From: Ignavibacteriota bacterium
GTDB taxonomy: Bacteria; Bacteroidota; Ignavibacteria; UBA10030
Direction: 5' to 3'
DNA: 64,000 nucleotides
NCBI GenBank assembly: GCA_963701295.1
Contig: OY969585.1
Location: 3,520,001-3,584,000, forward strand
This document shows, piece by piece, positions 20,566-31,888 of the stretch. The notes beneath the pieces were generated by a model. That model did not search any database, was not told where the DNA came from, and saw nothing but the letters and a program-made list of their open reading frames with translations. Both the position numbers and the translations under genes were made by a program. Each line of letters begins with the position of its first letter. The first letter of the stretch is position 1.

Positions 20566-22053
20566 TTATTTCAGTAGAATAAGTTTCTTTGTTTCAGTAA
20601 ACGCTCCGGCTTGCAATCGATAAAAATAAATTCCACTCAATACATTTACTGCATTCCACTGCTTAGAATGACTTCCTGCCGACATTTCTTCAGAGACAAC
20701 AGTTGCTACTTCTCTTCCAATAATATCAAATACCTTCAACGAAACAAATGATTTTGATGGAAGACGAAAAGAGATAGTCGTCGATGGATTGAACGGATTT
20801 GGATAATTTTGAGACAGTGAATAACCTTTGACGATGGTACTCCCATCCGTTGGGACATCTGTTGTATTTACCGGAATCCATGAAATAATGATTCTGTAGC
20901 CGGTAAAATTATACGTAGAGCCGCTTACAGCAAGAGGAAAGTTGTAATCTGTCGGTACCCATGAAGAACCGGACCACAATGTATTATTTCCCGTAAGCTC
21001 ATTCCCATGTGCATCGTAGGTGAAGGTGGATTGCCGATAATTTGTCCATAGCCCATTTAGCCAGTCTTGAATTAATTCATTAACCATATTTCCATTTGGA
21101 TCGTACGTGTATGTGTAGAGCGATCCATTCATCCACGTTTCATTTGTCCATCCCTTTAACCAATCTGTAAGCATTTTTCCATTCGCATCGTAGGTGTACG
21201 TGTGGAGCGTTGAATTTGTCCATTGCCCATTAGCCGAGTTCTGTAAGAGAAAACTAAGCATATTTCCGTTCGCATCGTAGGTGTAGGTGGATAGTGTTGC
21301 ATTTTCCCATTGCCCATTCCAAACCTGCATCAAGCCGGTAAGCATGTGCCCATTTCCATCATAGGTATAGGTCCACTGTTCTGAATTTGTCCACTTACCG
21401 GACAACCATTGCTCAAACAAAAAAGTTAGGTGATTCCCGCTGTTGTCATTGGTGTAAGTGCTTCGATCATGATTTACCCATTGCCCATTTGTCATGTACT
21501 CACCTAAATTAGTAAGCATACCCCCATTTGCATCATAAGTGCGAACGCTAAAAATAGAATCCTTTCTTACCCCTCCAGACCAATAACTAAACAAATGAAC
21601 AAGCATATTGCCCTTTGCATCAAAGGTTGAGCTGTCTAATGTTGAATTTACCCATTGCCCATTCAGCCACATCTGCTCCAGATCAATGCTGTTATCATTC
21701 GCACCAAAGTATGTCCAGGTGTCCAGCATATAATTTCCCCAATTCCCATTCACCCAAGCTTTTACTAATCTTTGAGTAGTTGAACCCTTCTGGTCATAAG
21801 AAGCAGTTATGAGTATAGTATCTTCCATTGAATAAAGTGTTAATGAATCAGGAAGATAAATTTGAGCATTAGGAGCAGTTTTTTTGTTTAATCCTGAGTT
21901 AAGCTGAGCTTGTTTATTGAAGATAGGTCCGGAACCATGCTTTTGTTGAGCCGCCATTTTTTCTATGTTCAAGCTCTGTGTCCCTTGTGCTCTGAGATTG
22001 TGTGCAGGTATAATGAAGAACATAACTGCAAGAATTGCCAAAAAAAGTTTCAT
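20566..22053 (-). CDS. Secreted repeat protein ('YTYDANGN...W.NG.W' repeats) with T9SS C-terminal domain
   Basis: Repeats of about 29 aa; signal peptide; CTD. Confidence 0.8.
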   Translation of the reverse strand: MKLFLAILAVMFFIIPAHNLRAQGTQSLNIEKMAAQQKHGSGPIFNKQAQLNSGLNKKTAPNAQIYLPDSLTLYSMEDTILITASYDQKGSTTQRLVKAWVNGNWGNYMLDTWTYFGANDNSIDLEQMWLNGQWVNSTLDSSTFDAKGNMLVHLFSYWSGGVRKDSIFSVRTYDANGGMLTNLGEYMTNGQWVNHDRSTYTNDNSGNHLTFLFEQWLSGKWTNSEQWTYTYDGNGHMLTGLMQVWNGQWENATLSTYTYDANGNMLSFLLQNSANGQWTNSTLHTYTYDANGKMLTDWLKGWTNETWMNGSLYTYTYDPNGNMVNELIQDWLNGLWTNYRQSTFTYDAHGNELTGNNTLWSGSSWVPTDYNFPLAVSGSTYNFTGYRIIISWIPVNTTDVPTDGSTIVKGYSLSQNYPNPFNPSTTISFRLPSKSFVSLKVFDIIGREVATVVSEEMSAGSHSKQWNAVNVLSGIYFYRLQAGAFTETKKLILLK

Positions 22054-22289
22054 AACATCCTCCTTTTTAAATAAAAAGTTAAAAAATTAGTATTTAGTTT
22101 ACATAATATACTAAACGAAACAAGTTCATGCTGATAACCAAATTAATTTATCCCCAACCAACGAGGTACCGAAAAGGTAATAATAAAAACGTCAACCCAC
22201 CATTAGCCATGAATTTTGCAGTGCGCTCTTACCGTCAGCTTGAGCGCCTGGTATGTTGAGTCTGTGACAATTATTTTCGTATCCTAATC

Positions 22290-22475
22290 CATTGGCAAAG
22301 TCATAGGAGAGATAGGAGCCGCTAGATATCTTCCCAGAAGAATATCGTTAACCAGATACATCTCCCTATGACTTTCCGCTTCTCAAGAATCTGAACAGTA
22401 CTTTGAGATCCATATTTCTTTCCCGTGGAATCCCGTATAACGCACGAGTCAAGATCACAAGGAAGCTGCCAATGT
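22290..22475 (+). ncRNA. Putative bridge RNA of the IS621-like element
   Basis: Stem aaagtcatagg-agagat/atctc-cctatgacttt encloses GAGCCGCT and TAACCAG (attC target match); downstream ACAGTAC matches the element's right end. Confidence 0.75.
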
Positions 22476-22513
22476 ATTTCTTCTCTTAACCTCTATTTCA
22501 AGGAGCTTTTGCT

Positions 22514-23537
22514 ATGACGATCTTAAAACAAACCATCGGTATCGATGTCTCTTACAAATCCTTCGATGCCAGATTCGGTACCATCAATACTCAACAAGAA
22601 ATAAACCTATCTGCTTCAAAATCCTTCAAAAACTCACTCGCAGGATTCAAACTCTTTCTGCGATGGCTCAAGAAATATATCCTCTCCGACGATATTCCTC
22701 TGGTCTTTGTCATGGAAGCTACTGGCGTCTATTACGAACACCTCTCTCACTTCCTCTTCCAGCAGGGGTATCAAGTTGCCGTTATCCTGCCCAATAAAAT
22801 TAGAAATTATGCCAAATCTCTCGAATCCAAATCCAAAACCGATCCTCATCGATGCCGCCGTCATTACTCGATTTGGCCTTGAACGACAACTCTCACTCTG
22901 GATGCCGCCTTCAGAGACTATAAAAACTCTGCGCGATCTCTGCAGGGAATACCACTGCCTCAAAGCTAACTGCACGCAAATTAAGAATCAACTCCACGCT
23001 CTCCAATCTTCCTTCAAGCCGCACAGAGAGTCCTTCAAACGCAAAACCCAACTCCTCAAATTCCTCGAACGGCAGGTCGCGCTTATTAAAAAGGAACTTC
23101 TCGCCTTAGTCAAGACCGAGCCTGATCTTCTGGCCCAGCGTCTCAAGAAAATCAAAACAGCTAAAGGCCTCGGCGATATGACCATCCTCACCGTCCTATC
23201 TGAAACTCGCTGCTTTGAGCTTGTCTCCAATCAAAAGCAGCTTACCAGCTACGCTGGTTTCGACATCGTCTTTAACGACTCTGGCTTGAAGAAAGGAAAA
23301 ACTTCTATCTCAAAAAAGGGCAATAAGTTTATCCGTAAAGCTCTCTTTATGCCTGCCATCTCTGCCTGCCGGGCTAATCCTGATCTCAAAGAACTCTATC
23401 AACGTCTTATTGCTAAAGGCAAAAATAAAAAACTTGCCATCGTTGCTGTCGCTCGTAAATTATTACTCCTGATCTCCACGCTCTGGAAATCTAATTCTGT
23501 TTACGTCCCCACTTATAAACCGATCCAACTCGTTTAA
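22514..23537 (+). CDS. IS110 transposase/recombinase, frameshifted near 22845
   Basis: 'IGIDVS', 'MEATGVY', 'KTD.IDA', 'DSG' serine motif, 'ISKKGNKFIRKAL', 'AVARKLL'. Confidence 0.88.
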
Positions 23538-23622
23538 TACTTACGCTGTCTCTTGTTCTTTGAAATATTTTTTACTCTAACTCTTGACTTTTACCACAGT
23601 ACCTGGTTAGGCAGCAATTGTA

Positions 23623-26282
23623 CTAACGAAGTAAAATGAGTTTTTTTGTTTCTTTAAATAAACCTGCATCCAAACAATAGAAATATATACCACTCGAGAA
23701 ATTCGATGCATCCCATTGTATAAGATGTTTCCCCGCTGTTTCTTCCCCATTTACTAAAATTGATACTAATCGTCCAAGAGGATCATAGATTTTCAACATT
23801 ACATACGATTGGGACGCAAGTTCGTAGCTGATGGTTGTTTCAGGATTAAAGGGATTGGGAAAATTATTGTTGAGTTTAAACTGTTTAGGGATTTCTTTAT
23901 GTTCTTCAACATCGGTCGTTTTTTGAAATGAAATCCAGTTGATGTTGAAACCTCCAGTGATAACCTCCAAACGGAGTACCTTATTCACACCCGATTTTAT
24001 TGTGATATTCGACAGGGAAACGGTCTTCCATTGCTGCCATCCGGAAGTATTAGGTATACTTATCGTGCCAAGATCGGTGCCGTCAAAAATAATTTTTAAT
24101 TTGCCACTTGCACTAACTGAAGCAATGCGCACGTCGAGCATTGATATATCAGCATTGACGTCAACCGTATAGGTCAACCATTCGCCATCACTAATCCAAC
24201 CGACATCATAGCCACCCCCTGTATCGCTGCATGTCTCTATATCCACGTCATCAGTTCTGTACTGACCGCCATTATTTCCGGCATCTGTATCAAAATAAGA
24301 AACACCGTTACTTCCGAGATCATAATTTTCAGCTTCTATTTTCCCGGGAATTTGAGCAGGCGTACCTGAATACGGACCGGTTTAATCAATGTTAATACTG
24401 AAGTTGTAATTGAAGGATAAGAGTAACCATCATTGTTCTTACCGGTAATACGATACATATACAAGGTGCTGCCTGATAAACTGGAATCGGTAAATACAGT
24501 ATCGTTGGCAATGGTACTTCCGATCGAATCAAATTTAGTATTGCCGTATCGTTCTATCAGGTAGCCGGTTTCATTAGAAATATTATTCCAGACAATCTTT
24601 GCCTGATTAAACGAAGGCGATGTCGCAGAAACGATAACCGGGGTTTCCATATTGTTTTGCATCTCTTTTGGGCCTATAGCCCAGGTGTAAGGCAGGAATG
24701 GATCTTCTTCATAATCGAACCAGTCGAAATCTGCAGGGTTAACATTTTTAAATCCATTCCCTGATGCGTACATTCCGATGAAAACACCGGTAAAGCCCCC
24801 GATGACTTCTGTGGACAGGTCTTTTGTTAATGCAGAACCTATCAGCTCGGCTGATTTTCCTTCCTGCTGTATCCAAAACTGGTACTGAAGGTCTGTTGCA
24901 CTGATCCGTAAGATGATATCGCCGTCAGGAATTTCTTTATAATTGAGTCCAACAACTTTATCCTGCAAATATTTCCGAAGCATTATCACTCGTTTCCCTG
25001 CAAACATAGTAATGAGAAGATCATAATGATTTTTATCGTCTCCACGAACCACCAAACCAACTTCTTCATTTTCAGCAGTTGGAATAAAACTAATGTTCGT
25101 TGATGCAACAAGATTAAATGCCGTTTGTCTGCGACCTATAAAAGCAGGCGAATCTTGTTCTTTAAAACTAATTTTTGAACCATTTAGCCTGAGAAATCCA
25201 GGTTTTGCACTAAGCGACCAATCTGCAGCATAAGGATTACGGATAAAATTCCAAGGCAGGCGCAATGCCACACTGTCGAAATTATCTCGGATGGAATCTT
25301 TTTCCCAGACATACTGAGGAAGATTTGGAGCGTTGTACACGGAATCTACGATTCCATTCGTTCCACCTTTAGGCCACCCATCGGAATTCCAGGCAATAGG
25401 TGCCAGAAATGTTTCACGACCTAAATGATGATAGTTGCCACCTTTGGGTCTGATACCGAGGCAAACCAACCACCAGCTACTATCTTGGAGTTGAACTAAA
25501 TCAGCGTGTCCAATAGCCTGAAAAGGATTATTGGGAACATCCTTATGCGAAATAACCGGGTTTATAGGACTTACAGTATAAGGTCCCCAAGGTGATTGAC
25601 TCCTCTGAATTACTTCCATGTGCTGATAACCCGTTCCTCCTTCAGCAGACATCAAATAATAGTATCCATTAATTTTATACAAATGTGAACCTTCGGGAGA
25701 TGCTCCACCAGTCCCTGAAGCTATCTTTGTCAATGGCTTAATGAAGTTGCCCGTTTTAGGATTCATTGTACCTAGCAAAAAACTACCATTATTGTCAGGA
25801 CTAACATAGTACATGCTATCGTTTTCGAACAATAGCGAAGGATCTACGTACCAGTAGTTTATCCAATGAGGATCGGACCAAGGACCAGCGGGATTTGTGG
25901 CAGTTACATAAAACTCCCCTTGAGAACCTTGCCCGCCATAGTTTGTGCAAATTACATAAAAAGTGCTGTCTTTATAGCGCAAAGTCGGGGCATATTGACC
26001 ACCCGAACCTGATGCACAACCCATCAAAGGATTGTTGCTTGCACGGGATAAAACATATCCAATCATTTTCCAATGCACCAAATCTTTACTGTGATATATT
26101 GGCAACCCGGGAAAATACTCAAAAGTAGATGTTATCAAATAATAGTCATCACCAACACGGCATATACTTGGATCAGGATTCATACCAGTAATTATTGGGT
26201 TTCGAAAGGTCGTTTGCGCAAGGACCTTAAATGTAAGGGCAATCAATCCTAAAAAAATTATTGTCGTTAATCTGTTCCACAT
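23623..26282 (-). CDS. GH43 xylosidase/arabinofuranosidase + FN3 + CBM6 + T9SS CTD, frameshifted near 24378
   Basis: 'NPDPSICRVGDDYYL', 'PEGSHLYK'; CBM6 'IPGKIEAENYD...GYDVGWI..GEW'; CTD. Confidence 0.88.
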
Positions 26283-26325
26283 AATGTTTGTTCCTTCTCT
26301 TATTCATTTACGTTATACAATTGCC

Positions 26326-26465
26326 GCTTCATGGATGGCGGTTAAGCTGCGACAACGTGAACTTCCAAATTGCACTACCCGAACCAAGTTCATTCGCTTC
26401 ATTTTCAAATCTGTACTAAACCTCTATACGCCAAGCTAAATGCACCAACGATTTTACGGTCAATC
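26326..26465 (-). repeat. Degenerate attC
   Basis: gcttcatggatggcggttaagctgcg plus typical interior; both core triplets lost. Confidence 0.65.
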
Positions 26466-26567
26466 CCGAAATCACTATTGTTAATATCGATAGTAAGTAT
26501 TTTTTCATATTCCAATTTTTTTTAGATGTTTATTATAAATTTTAAACGCGTGAATTCATTATGATTA

Positions 26568-28208
26568 CTATTCTTTTAGTATTTTAAATACCATCGCAAT
26601 ATTGTTTGGAATAATATTCGGTTTTTTTATTACAAGTGAATCAGAATATTGTTTCCACTGAAGCTTTTCTTTGCTGCCAAGTATTCCGATGTTTTTAATT
26701 TTGGCATTGTCTTTCGTTTTGCCAAGCGATTTCAAGCATACATCATCTGTTGGTACGCCCAATACAGTTGCATAAAGCATATTTCCTTTCTGGTTGAATC
26801 GAATATCTTTTGAAGAGAATTTGCTCTTCCCTTCGTTAAACCCTGGTGAATTAACCGTCCTTACTGTTTCGGTAGAGGGACCTTCGCCATAGATTAGCCA
26901 AGGACGTGTATCGTAAATACTTTCTTTATTAATGTCCATCCAAGCAGCAATTCCATCAAGTACTGCAATTTCTTTTTCGTCTATAGTCCCGTCACCACGA
27001 ACCGGTATGTTTAGTAGCAAGTTGCCATTTTTGCTGACAATATCGACAAGCATGTGAATCACAGTTATCGCTGATTTGTATTCGTTTTTCTCATAAATCG
27101 ATCTCTTATAATGCCAGTCGCCAATGCATGTACATGTTTGCCAAGCTTCAGCTTGAATGCTCTCAGGCGCTCCCCGCTCTACATCCCATACTATACATTT
27201 TTTTTGCTCATCGGTAAGAACTTTCCCAAACAAAACAGCTTCGAGCTTACCATTGTGGGTTGCCATATTATGATTGTAAAAGTGGGCAGCAATTTTTAAT
27301 CCGGCATCACTTATTGGATAAAGCGGAAGGGCAGTATCATCGAAATAAAGCAGATCGGGGTTAAACCGGTTAATCAGGTCAACAGTGCGGTTGTAAAACT
27401 TATCACAGTAGTTTTGCGAAGGTATGGAAGCGCCATTGCCCCATGTCCATTGCCCGAATATGGAGTTGATATCATAACTACCTTCGCTTAGCAAATGGTT
27501 TTGAGCGTAGAGCTCCTGCGGGTCAAGTCCTTCCCACCATGTTCCTTTACCATCGGTCTTTGTGAGTTTCCCATCGTATGGAACACCCACAAGCTCTCCA
27601 TTTTTATCAGAATGTTGAGAGGTTTCCAACCACGTCCATGAACGTGATGCATGTACACTCAATCCGAATGGAAGGCCATATTTTTTAGCAGCTTTAGCCC
27701 AACCGTCAATAATATCCTTTTTGGGCCCAACGTGTACAGTGTTCCATTCCTGGTACTTACTATTCCACAAGTCAAGATTATCGTGATGGTTTGCCAGGGC
27801 AAAGAAGTATTGGGCACCTGCCCGTTTATAAAGTGCCACAAGTTTTTCCGGATCCCAATTTTGAGCTTTCCAGTCATTAATAACTTCCTTAAAACCTGCT
27901 TTGGATGGATGTCCATAATGTGCAACATGCCATTTATATTGGTCGCTGCCTTCGTTGTACATGTACCGCGCATACCAGTCACCTTGCTCAGGCTGACACT
28001 GTGGGCCCCAATGAGCCCAAATGCCAAACTTGGCGTTACGAAACCATTCGGGCGCTTTATATTGCAGGAGCGACTGCCATGTAGCTTCGAACTTTCCCGG
28101 GGCAGCAGGTTCGTTACCTGGACGAACAGGACAAGGATAACTGGTTTGTGCAAAAGATATTTGCTGAAAATAAAGTGTAACAATTAATAAAAAAGTTGTT
28201 TTCATCAT
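26568..28208 (-). CDS. Alpha-L-fucosidase (GH29)
   Basis: 'WFRNAKFGIWAHWG', 'HHD', 'LYFD', 'DIVSKNGNLLLN'. Confidence 0.92.
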   Translation of the reverse strand: MMKTTFLLIVTLYFQQISFAQTSYPCPVRPGNEPAAPGKFEATWQSLLQYKAPEWFRNAKFGIWAHWGPQCQPEQGDWYARYMYNEGSDQYKWHVAHYGHPSKAGFKEVINDWKAQNWDPEKLVALYKRAGAQYFFALANHHDNLDLWNSKYQEWNTVHVGPKKDIIDGWAKAAKKYGLPFGLSVHASRSWTWLETSQHSDKNGELVGVPYDGKLTKTDGKGTWWEGLDPQELYAQNHLLSEGSYDINSIFGQWTWGNGASIPSQNYCDKFYNRTVDLINRFNPDLLYFDDTALPLYPISDAGLKIAAHFYNHNMATHNGKLEAVLFGKVLTDEQKKCIVWDVERGAPESIQAEAWQTCTCIGDWHYKRSIYEKNEYKSAITVIHMLVDIVSKNGNLLLNIPVRGDGTIDEKEIAVLDGIAAWMDINKESIYDTRPWLIYGEGPSTETVRTVNSPGFNEGKSKFSSKDIRFNQKGNMLYATVLGVPTDDVCLKSLGKTKDNAKIKNIGILGSKEKLQWKQYSDSLVIKKPNIIPNNIAMVFKILKE

Positions 28209-28246
28209 ATATTAATTTTTTACAATTGATATTAATGCCCTTTACA

Positions 28247-30292
28247 TCATTTGATTTCAATAAATTCCGGCTCAAAAGGTAAAATTGTAAAATTACCGGT
28301 ATAATCTTTATCAAAGAGGATACTCCGCGAGTTTCCTTTCATATGAATCTCTTTTGATTCACCACTTACATTCATATATAGGAAATGGTTCTTATCTATT
28401 TGTCTTGCCATTACATCCGAAGGAACATCTGGACCCTTATTTATTGACAGCTCGCTTATCAGCTCATCAAGCAAAGGATTAAGTATGTCAACTTTTGCAG
28501 GAAGGCCAACATAAATTGCTCTGCCTTTACCATATTTATTAGAAGTTATAATTGGGTAGTCTTTATCTAAGCTGGTTATGCTGCCGAGAATTTCTGCACC
28601 TTTAGGTTCGATAACATCAAACCGTGACGATTCTGTAGTAATAGCTTTCCCTTTATAGGTAAATTCAATCATTTTACCCTTAAATGATTTTCTGGATATT
28701 TCATTTAACGCTTCAGGTTCTTCGAAACTTCCAACACGTATTCCGAATATATCATTTAAACGGCCAGGGTGGGTAGAAGCAAACACCTGTCCGGTTTCAT
28801 CAACAACAGCCGAATTACTTGTCATAATAACAGTTCCGCCATTTTTCACAAAATTGCAGATTTTAGCAGCAGTTACTTCGTCCATTACCGCTACGCCAGG
28901 TATAATCAGCAATTTGTAGTTTAACGGGCTTTTGGTAATCTCAACAATACGGACATCCATGTTACGATGATAAAACAAATCAAAACAACTCTGCAGCTGG
29001 TTTTGATGTTGTTCCGGAAAATAGCTGCTTGCTATCTGACTGGGAAAGGAAAAAGCTAATCCTACTTCAGCCTGAACTTTATAAGGGAAATACTTCTCAA
29101 TCTTTTTGAATTCTGCAGCGATTTTTTTGTATTCTTCGTATTTGCGGTTTGGAATTCCGTCCCAATCTATCATACCTTCCAGGTATTGTTCTTCTCCGCC
29201 GTGCATACTTTGCCAGGTCCATCCGCAAACCATCTCGTTACCATACATAAGCGTAGCATAGGCTGACTTTCTGATAGAATTGGGAACAGCAGTCATAGTT
29301 GTAAATTCAGTATTCCAGTAAGGATTTGTGCTTTCAAATTGAACACGCGAAATCCCAAACAAAGCGTCCATAACACCCCAATTGGTAGTTAAAGATAGTC
29401 CCGGATAAAAACCAGTACCTTCGCGGGTCATTTTACCTGAATAGGCAATTGGGGAATAATCAAAATATTTCATTTGGCTATAATACCATGCATTGGTGTT
29501 TACTAAGGCATTCGGAGCATTTGTGTTCACTACATCAATGACCTTAAATAGGAACTCAACGATTTCATCTGAAACAAAACGTCTGAAATCGAGCATTCTT
29601 TCAGGCACATCGGTAGTGTGGGTTGCTACAGGAAAGCCAATTTCTTCAAACTGGTTTATCCTTCTCGACCAGCGTTGGGTTGCCCATGCTTTATTCAAAT
29701 TATCAAGGTTGGTATATTTATTCTTTATCCAGGCAATGAATCTTTGTCGGGCTGTTTCAGAATAGGAAATCCGGCCATCCCCAGATTCGTTGTCAACTCC
29801 GAAAGCCAACAATGCCGGATGATTTCCATACCGTCTAGTAAGTGAATCAGCATACCTCGCTGCATATTTCTGGTACATCGGGTCGCCAATATCTTCCATA
29901 TATCGATGATTTGGGTATTGCACATCGCCATTTGCATCTGTAATATCAATTGAAGGATATTTGTGGTGCAGCCAGATTGGGGCAGGCCGAATAGCAATAT
30001 CTAAAATTACTTTAATTCCAGCTTCGTTCATCAAATCCATAACCTTATCAAACCAATCAAAATCGAATTTTCCATCAGATGGTTCGTAACTGTCCCATGC
30101 TAAATGACCCATTCGTACAACTTTGAATCCAGCATCTTTCATTAGCTTGATATCACTTTTTATTTTTTTAGGATTTTTATCGTCATGAGGATGATAGTTA
30201 GCTCCAACATATAACTCCCGAGCTTTTAAAACAAGTCCCTGAGAGAATAATATGGCGGTCAGGATTAGTGTTATGTAAAATTTTGTTTTCAT
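28247..30292 (-). CDS. Beta-galactosidase (GH42-like)
   Basis: 'GANYHP', 'AWDSYEPSDG.FDF.W', 'DNE' acid/base motif, trimerisation domain. Confidence 0.85.
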   Translation of the reverse strand: MKTKFYITLILTAILFSQGLVLKARELYVGANYHPHDDKNPKKIKSDIKLMKDAGFKVVRMGHLAWDSYEPSDGKFDFDWFDKVMDLMNEAGIKVILDIAIRPAPIWLHHKYPSIDITDANGDVQYPNHRYMEDIGDPMYQKYAARYADSLTRRYGNHPALLAFGVDNESGDGRISYSETARQRFIAWIKNKYTNLDNLNKAWATQRWSRRINQFEEIGFPVATHTTDVPERMLDFRRFVSDEIVEFLFKVIDVVNTNAPNALVNTNAWYYSQMKYFDYSPIAYSGKMTREGTGFYPGLSLTTNWGVMDALFGISRVQFESTNPYWNTEFTTMTAVPNSIRKSAYATLMYGNEMVCGWTWQSMHGGEEQYLEGMIDWDGIPNRKYEEYKKIAAEFKKIEKYFPYKVQAEVGLAFSFPSQIASSYFPEQHQNQLQSCFDLFYHRNMDVRIVEITKSPLNYKLLIIPGVAVMDEVTAAKICNFVKNGGTVIMTSNSAVVDETGQVFASTHPGRLNDIFGIRVGSFEEPEALNEISRKSFKGKMIEFTYKGKAITTESSRFDVIEPKGAEILGSITSLDKDYPIITSNKYGKGRAIYVGLPAKVDILNPLLDELISELSINKGPDVPSDVMARQIDKNHFLYMNVSGESKEIHMKGNSRSILFDKDYTGNFTILPFEPEFIEIK

Positions 30293-30357
30293 GCTTGCCT
30301 TTAATGGTATTATATCAAAATTATTTTTTTAGCAATGTATAAAGTAAAATTGTTGCC

Positions 30358-30508
30358 GCCTAACGGACGAGCGCTAAGCTTCTGCACTAAATATTTTCAA
30401 TATATACAAAATAAGTTGATCGTACCAACTTTCAATGAAACACGAAACCTCTGCTTGTCATGAATTTTGCAGTGAGCTCATTCCCTCAGCTTGAGCTGCT
30501 GGATAGGA
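30358..30508 (-). repeat. attC (R'' mutated to TCCTATC)
   Basis: gcctaacggacgagcgctaagc...cagcttgagctgctggatagga. Confidence 0.8.
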
Positions 30509-30630
30509 AGAGGCGTTTCCAGTCCTCATTAATTACAAAGAGTATCATTTACGATTCAAATATATCTACTGCTGTCCCATTATTTATGAGACCGCAATTT
30601 CAACTGTTGTGACCTCTACGTAATTCGTTA

Positions 30631-31503
30631 TTAAAATAATACACCTACATGGAGTATTAAATTAGCCATAGATGCAGTACCAGATATGTCGGAATTTACA
30701 TTAAAACTGCAAGAGGTTGATGCAATTAATTTTAGACTTACTATAAACTTCTTATTTATCTGTATTCCAGCAGAAGCTCCCCAAGCAAATCCAGTACCGC
30801 TTGTTACATCTGCGATATCAATTGTTTGACCCTCATACGAAGCACTCATCGATGGAAACCACCCTACCATCAAACCAAGCTGTACCGATACATATCCTAC
30901 TAGTGCTGGTGAAAATTGAGATTGAGCGCCTAAACCAACCATAGGAGTCAAAGAATACCACGACCCAGTATTAAGTGTTGCCGAACTCGGCATACCCTGA
31001 CTCTGTTGAGCTTGTGTAAAACTTTTATTATCAAAAGAATTAGATGAAAAAGTAAGAGAGGCGAGACCAAATAATATTTTATTTACTGGTAAATCGTATT
31101 CCGCGCTAAAAGAATAACCAATTTTAGCATAACCGTCAGTGTTTAGATCGCTCGTTCCACCAAAACTTCCTACTGGAAACGCAATTCCGCCTGAAAGAAC
31201 GAATCCACCTTTCCATTCCTCTGTTTCACTAGAAGAAGTCATCCCAATTTTTCCTGTTGATTGAGTTTCCACTGTGTCTTTCGTCATTTTTTCGATATCC
31301 AAAAAATTATAAATAAAAATATTTCCATCTGATGTCTGAATTTTAATTGATTCGTTTGGGATTTGTTCAATAATCTCTCCTTTTATAACAGACCCATTTT
31401 TTAAATATACAACATCCCTTGTTTGATCTTGAGAAAAAGCCAAATTAGCAAACAGGATAAGAAGAAGAAAAAGAATAGGCAATACAACAAAGAATTTTTT
31501 CAT
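30631..31503 (-). CDS. Outer membrane beta-barrel protein with an N-terminal 'DVVYLKNG' domain
   Basis: Signal peptide, amphipathic strands, C-terminal Phe. Confidence 0.7.
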   Translation of the reverse strand: MKKFFVVLPILFLLLILFANLAFSQDQTRDVVYLKNGSVIKGEIIEQIPNESIKIQTSDGNIFIYNFLDIEKMTKDTVETQSTGKIGMTSSSETEEWKGGFVLSGGIAFPVGSFGGTSDLNTDGYAKIGYSFSAEYDLPVNKILFGLASLTFSSNSFDNKSFTQAQQSQGMPSSATLNTGSWYSLTPMVGLGAQSQFSPALVGYVSVQLGLMVGWFPSMSASYEGQTIDIADVTSGTGFAWGASAGIQINKKFIVSLKLIASTSCSFNVNSDISGTASMANLILHVGVLF

Positions 31504-31703
31504 GGCGGTTCCTTATTAAATAGGTTATTTAATTTTATTAGTGATTTATGAGAGTACTAATACAAGACTTATCCACAATTATGGCCAATGTCCATTAGGA
31601 ATTTTCCATCCCAGTATTGGCAACCCTGCAGAGATAAATATTTTTTTTGTACCTAAAATGTAAACAAATATCACCCACAAAAATGTGATATAATAAAAAT
31701 GCG

Positions 31704-31857
31704 CCCTAACGGATTGGTGCTAAGCTGCGGCGTTGATAACTATCATAATGCAACCAACGAAACAAGTTCATACTGGTTCTCTCAATCTTGCACTAACCTA
31801 TGCTCGCCATGAATTTTGCACCCAGCTCATTCCGTCAGCTTGAGCGCCTGGTTAGGC
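31704..31857 (-). repeat. attC
   Basis: Consensus arms present. Confidence 0.92.
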
Positions 31858-31888
31858 CGCTCCTCGCGGCATAAGACTCGAATTGGAC

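Larger units (their letters stand above)
22252..23601 (+). mobile_element. IS110-family element, IS621-like (long non-coding left end, no terminal inverted repeats)
   Basis: Flanked by CCTGG at 22247-22251 and 23602-23606 inside attC; DEDD transposase. Confidence 0.9.
22101..23612 (-). repeat. attC with a deleted R'-side arm, interrupted by an IS110
   Basis: acataa joined directly to the attC interior; R'' arm ...cttgagcgcctgg[IS]cctggttaggc. Confidence 0.75.

Noticed and set aside
20566-22053. YD-like repeats suggesting an RHS toxin
   Set aside because: No RHS core, PxxxxDPxG cleavage motif, toxin tip or immunity gene; the protein ends in a T9SS CTD
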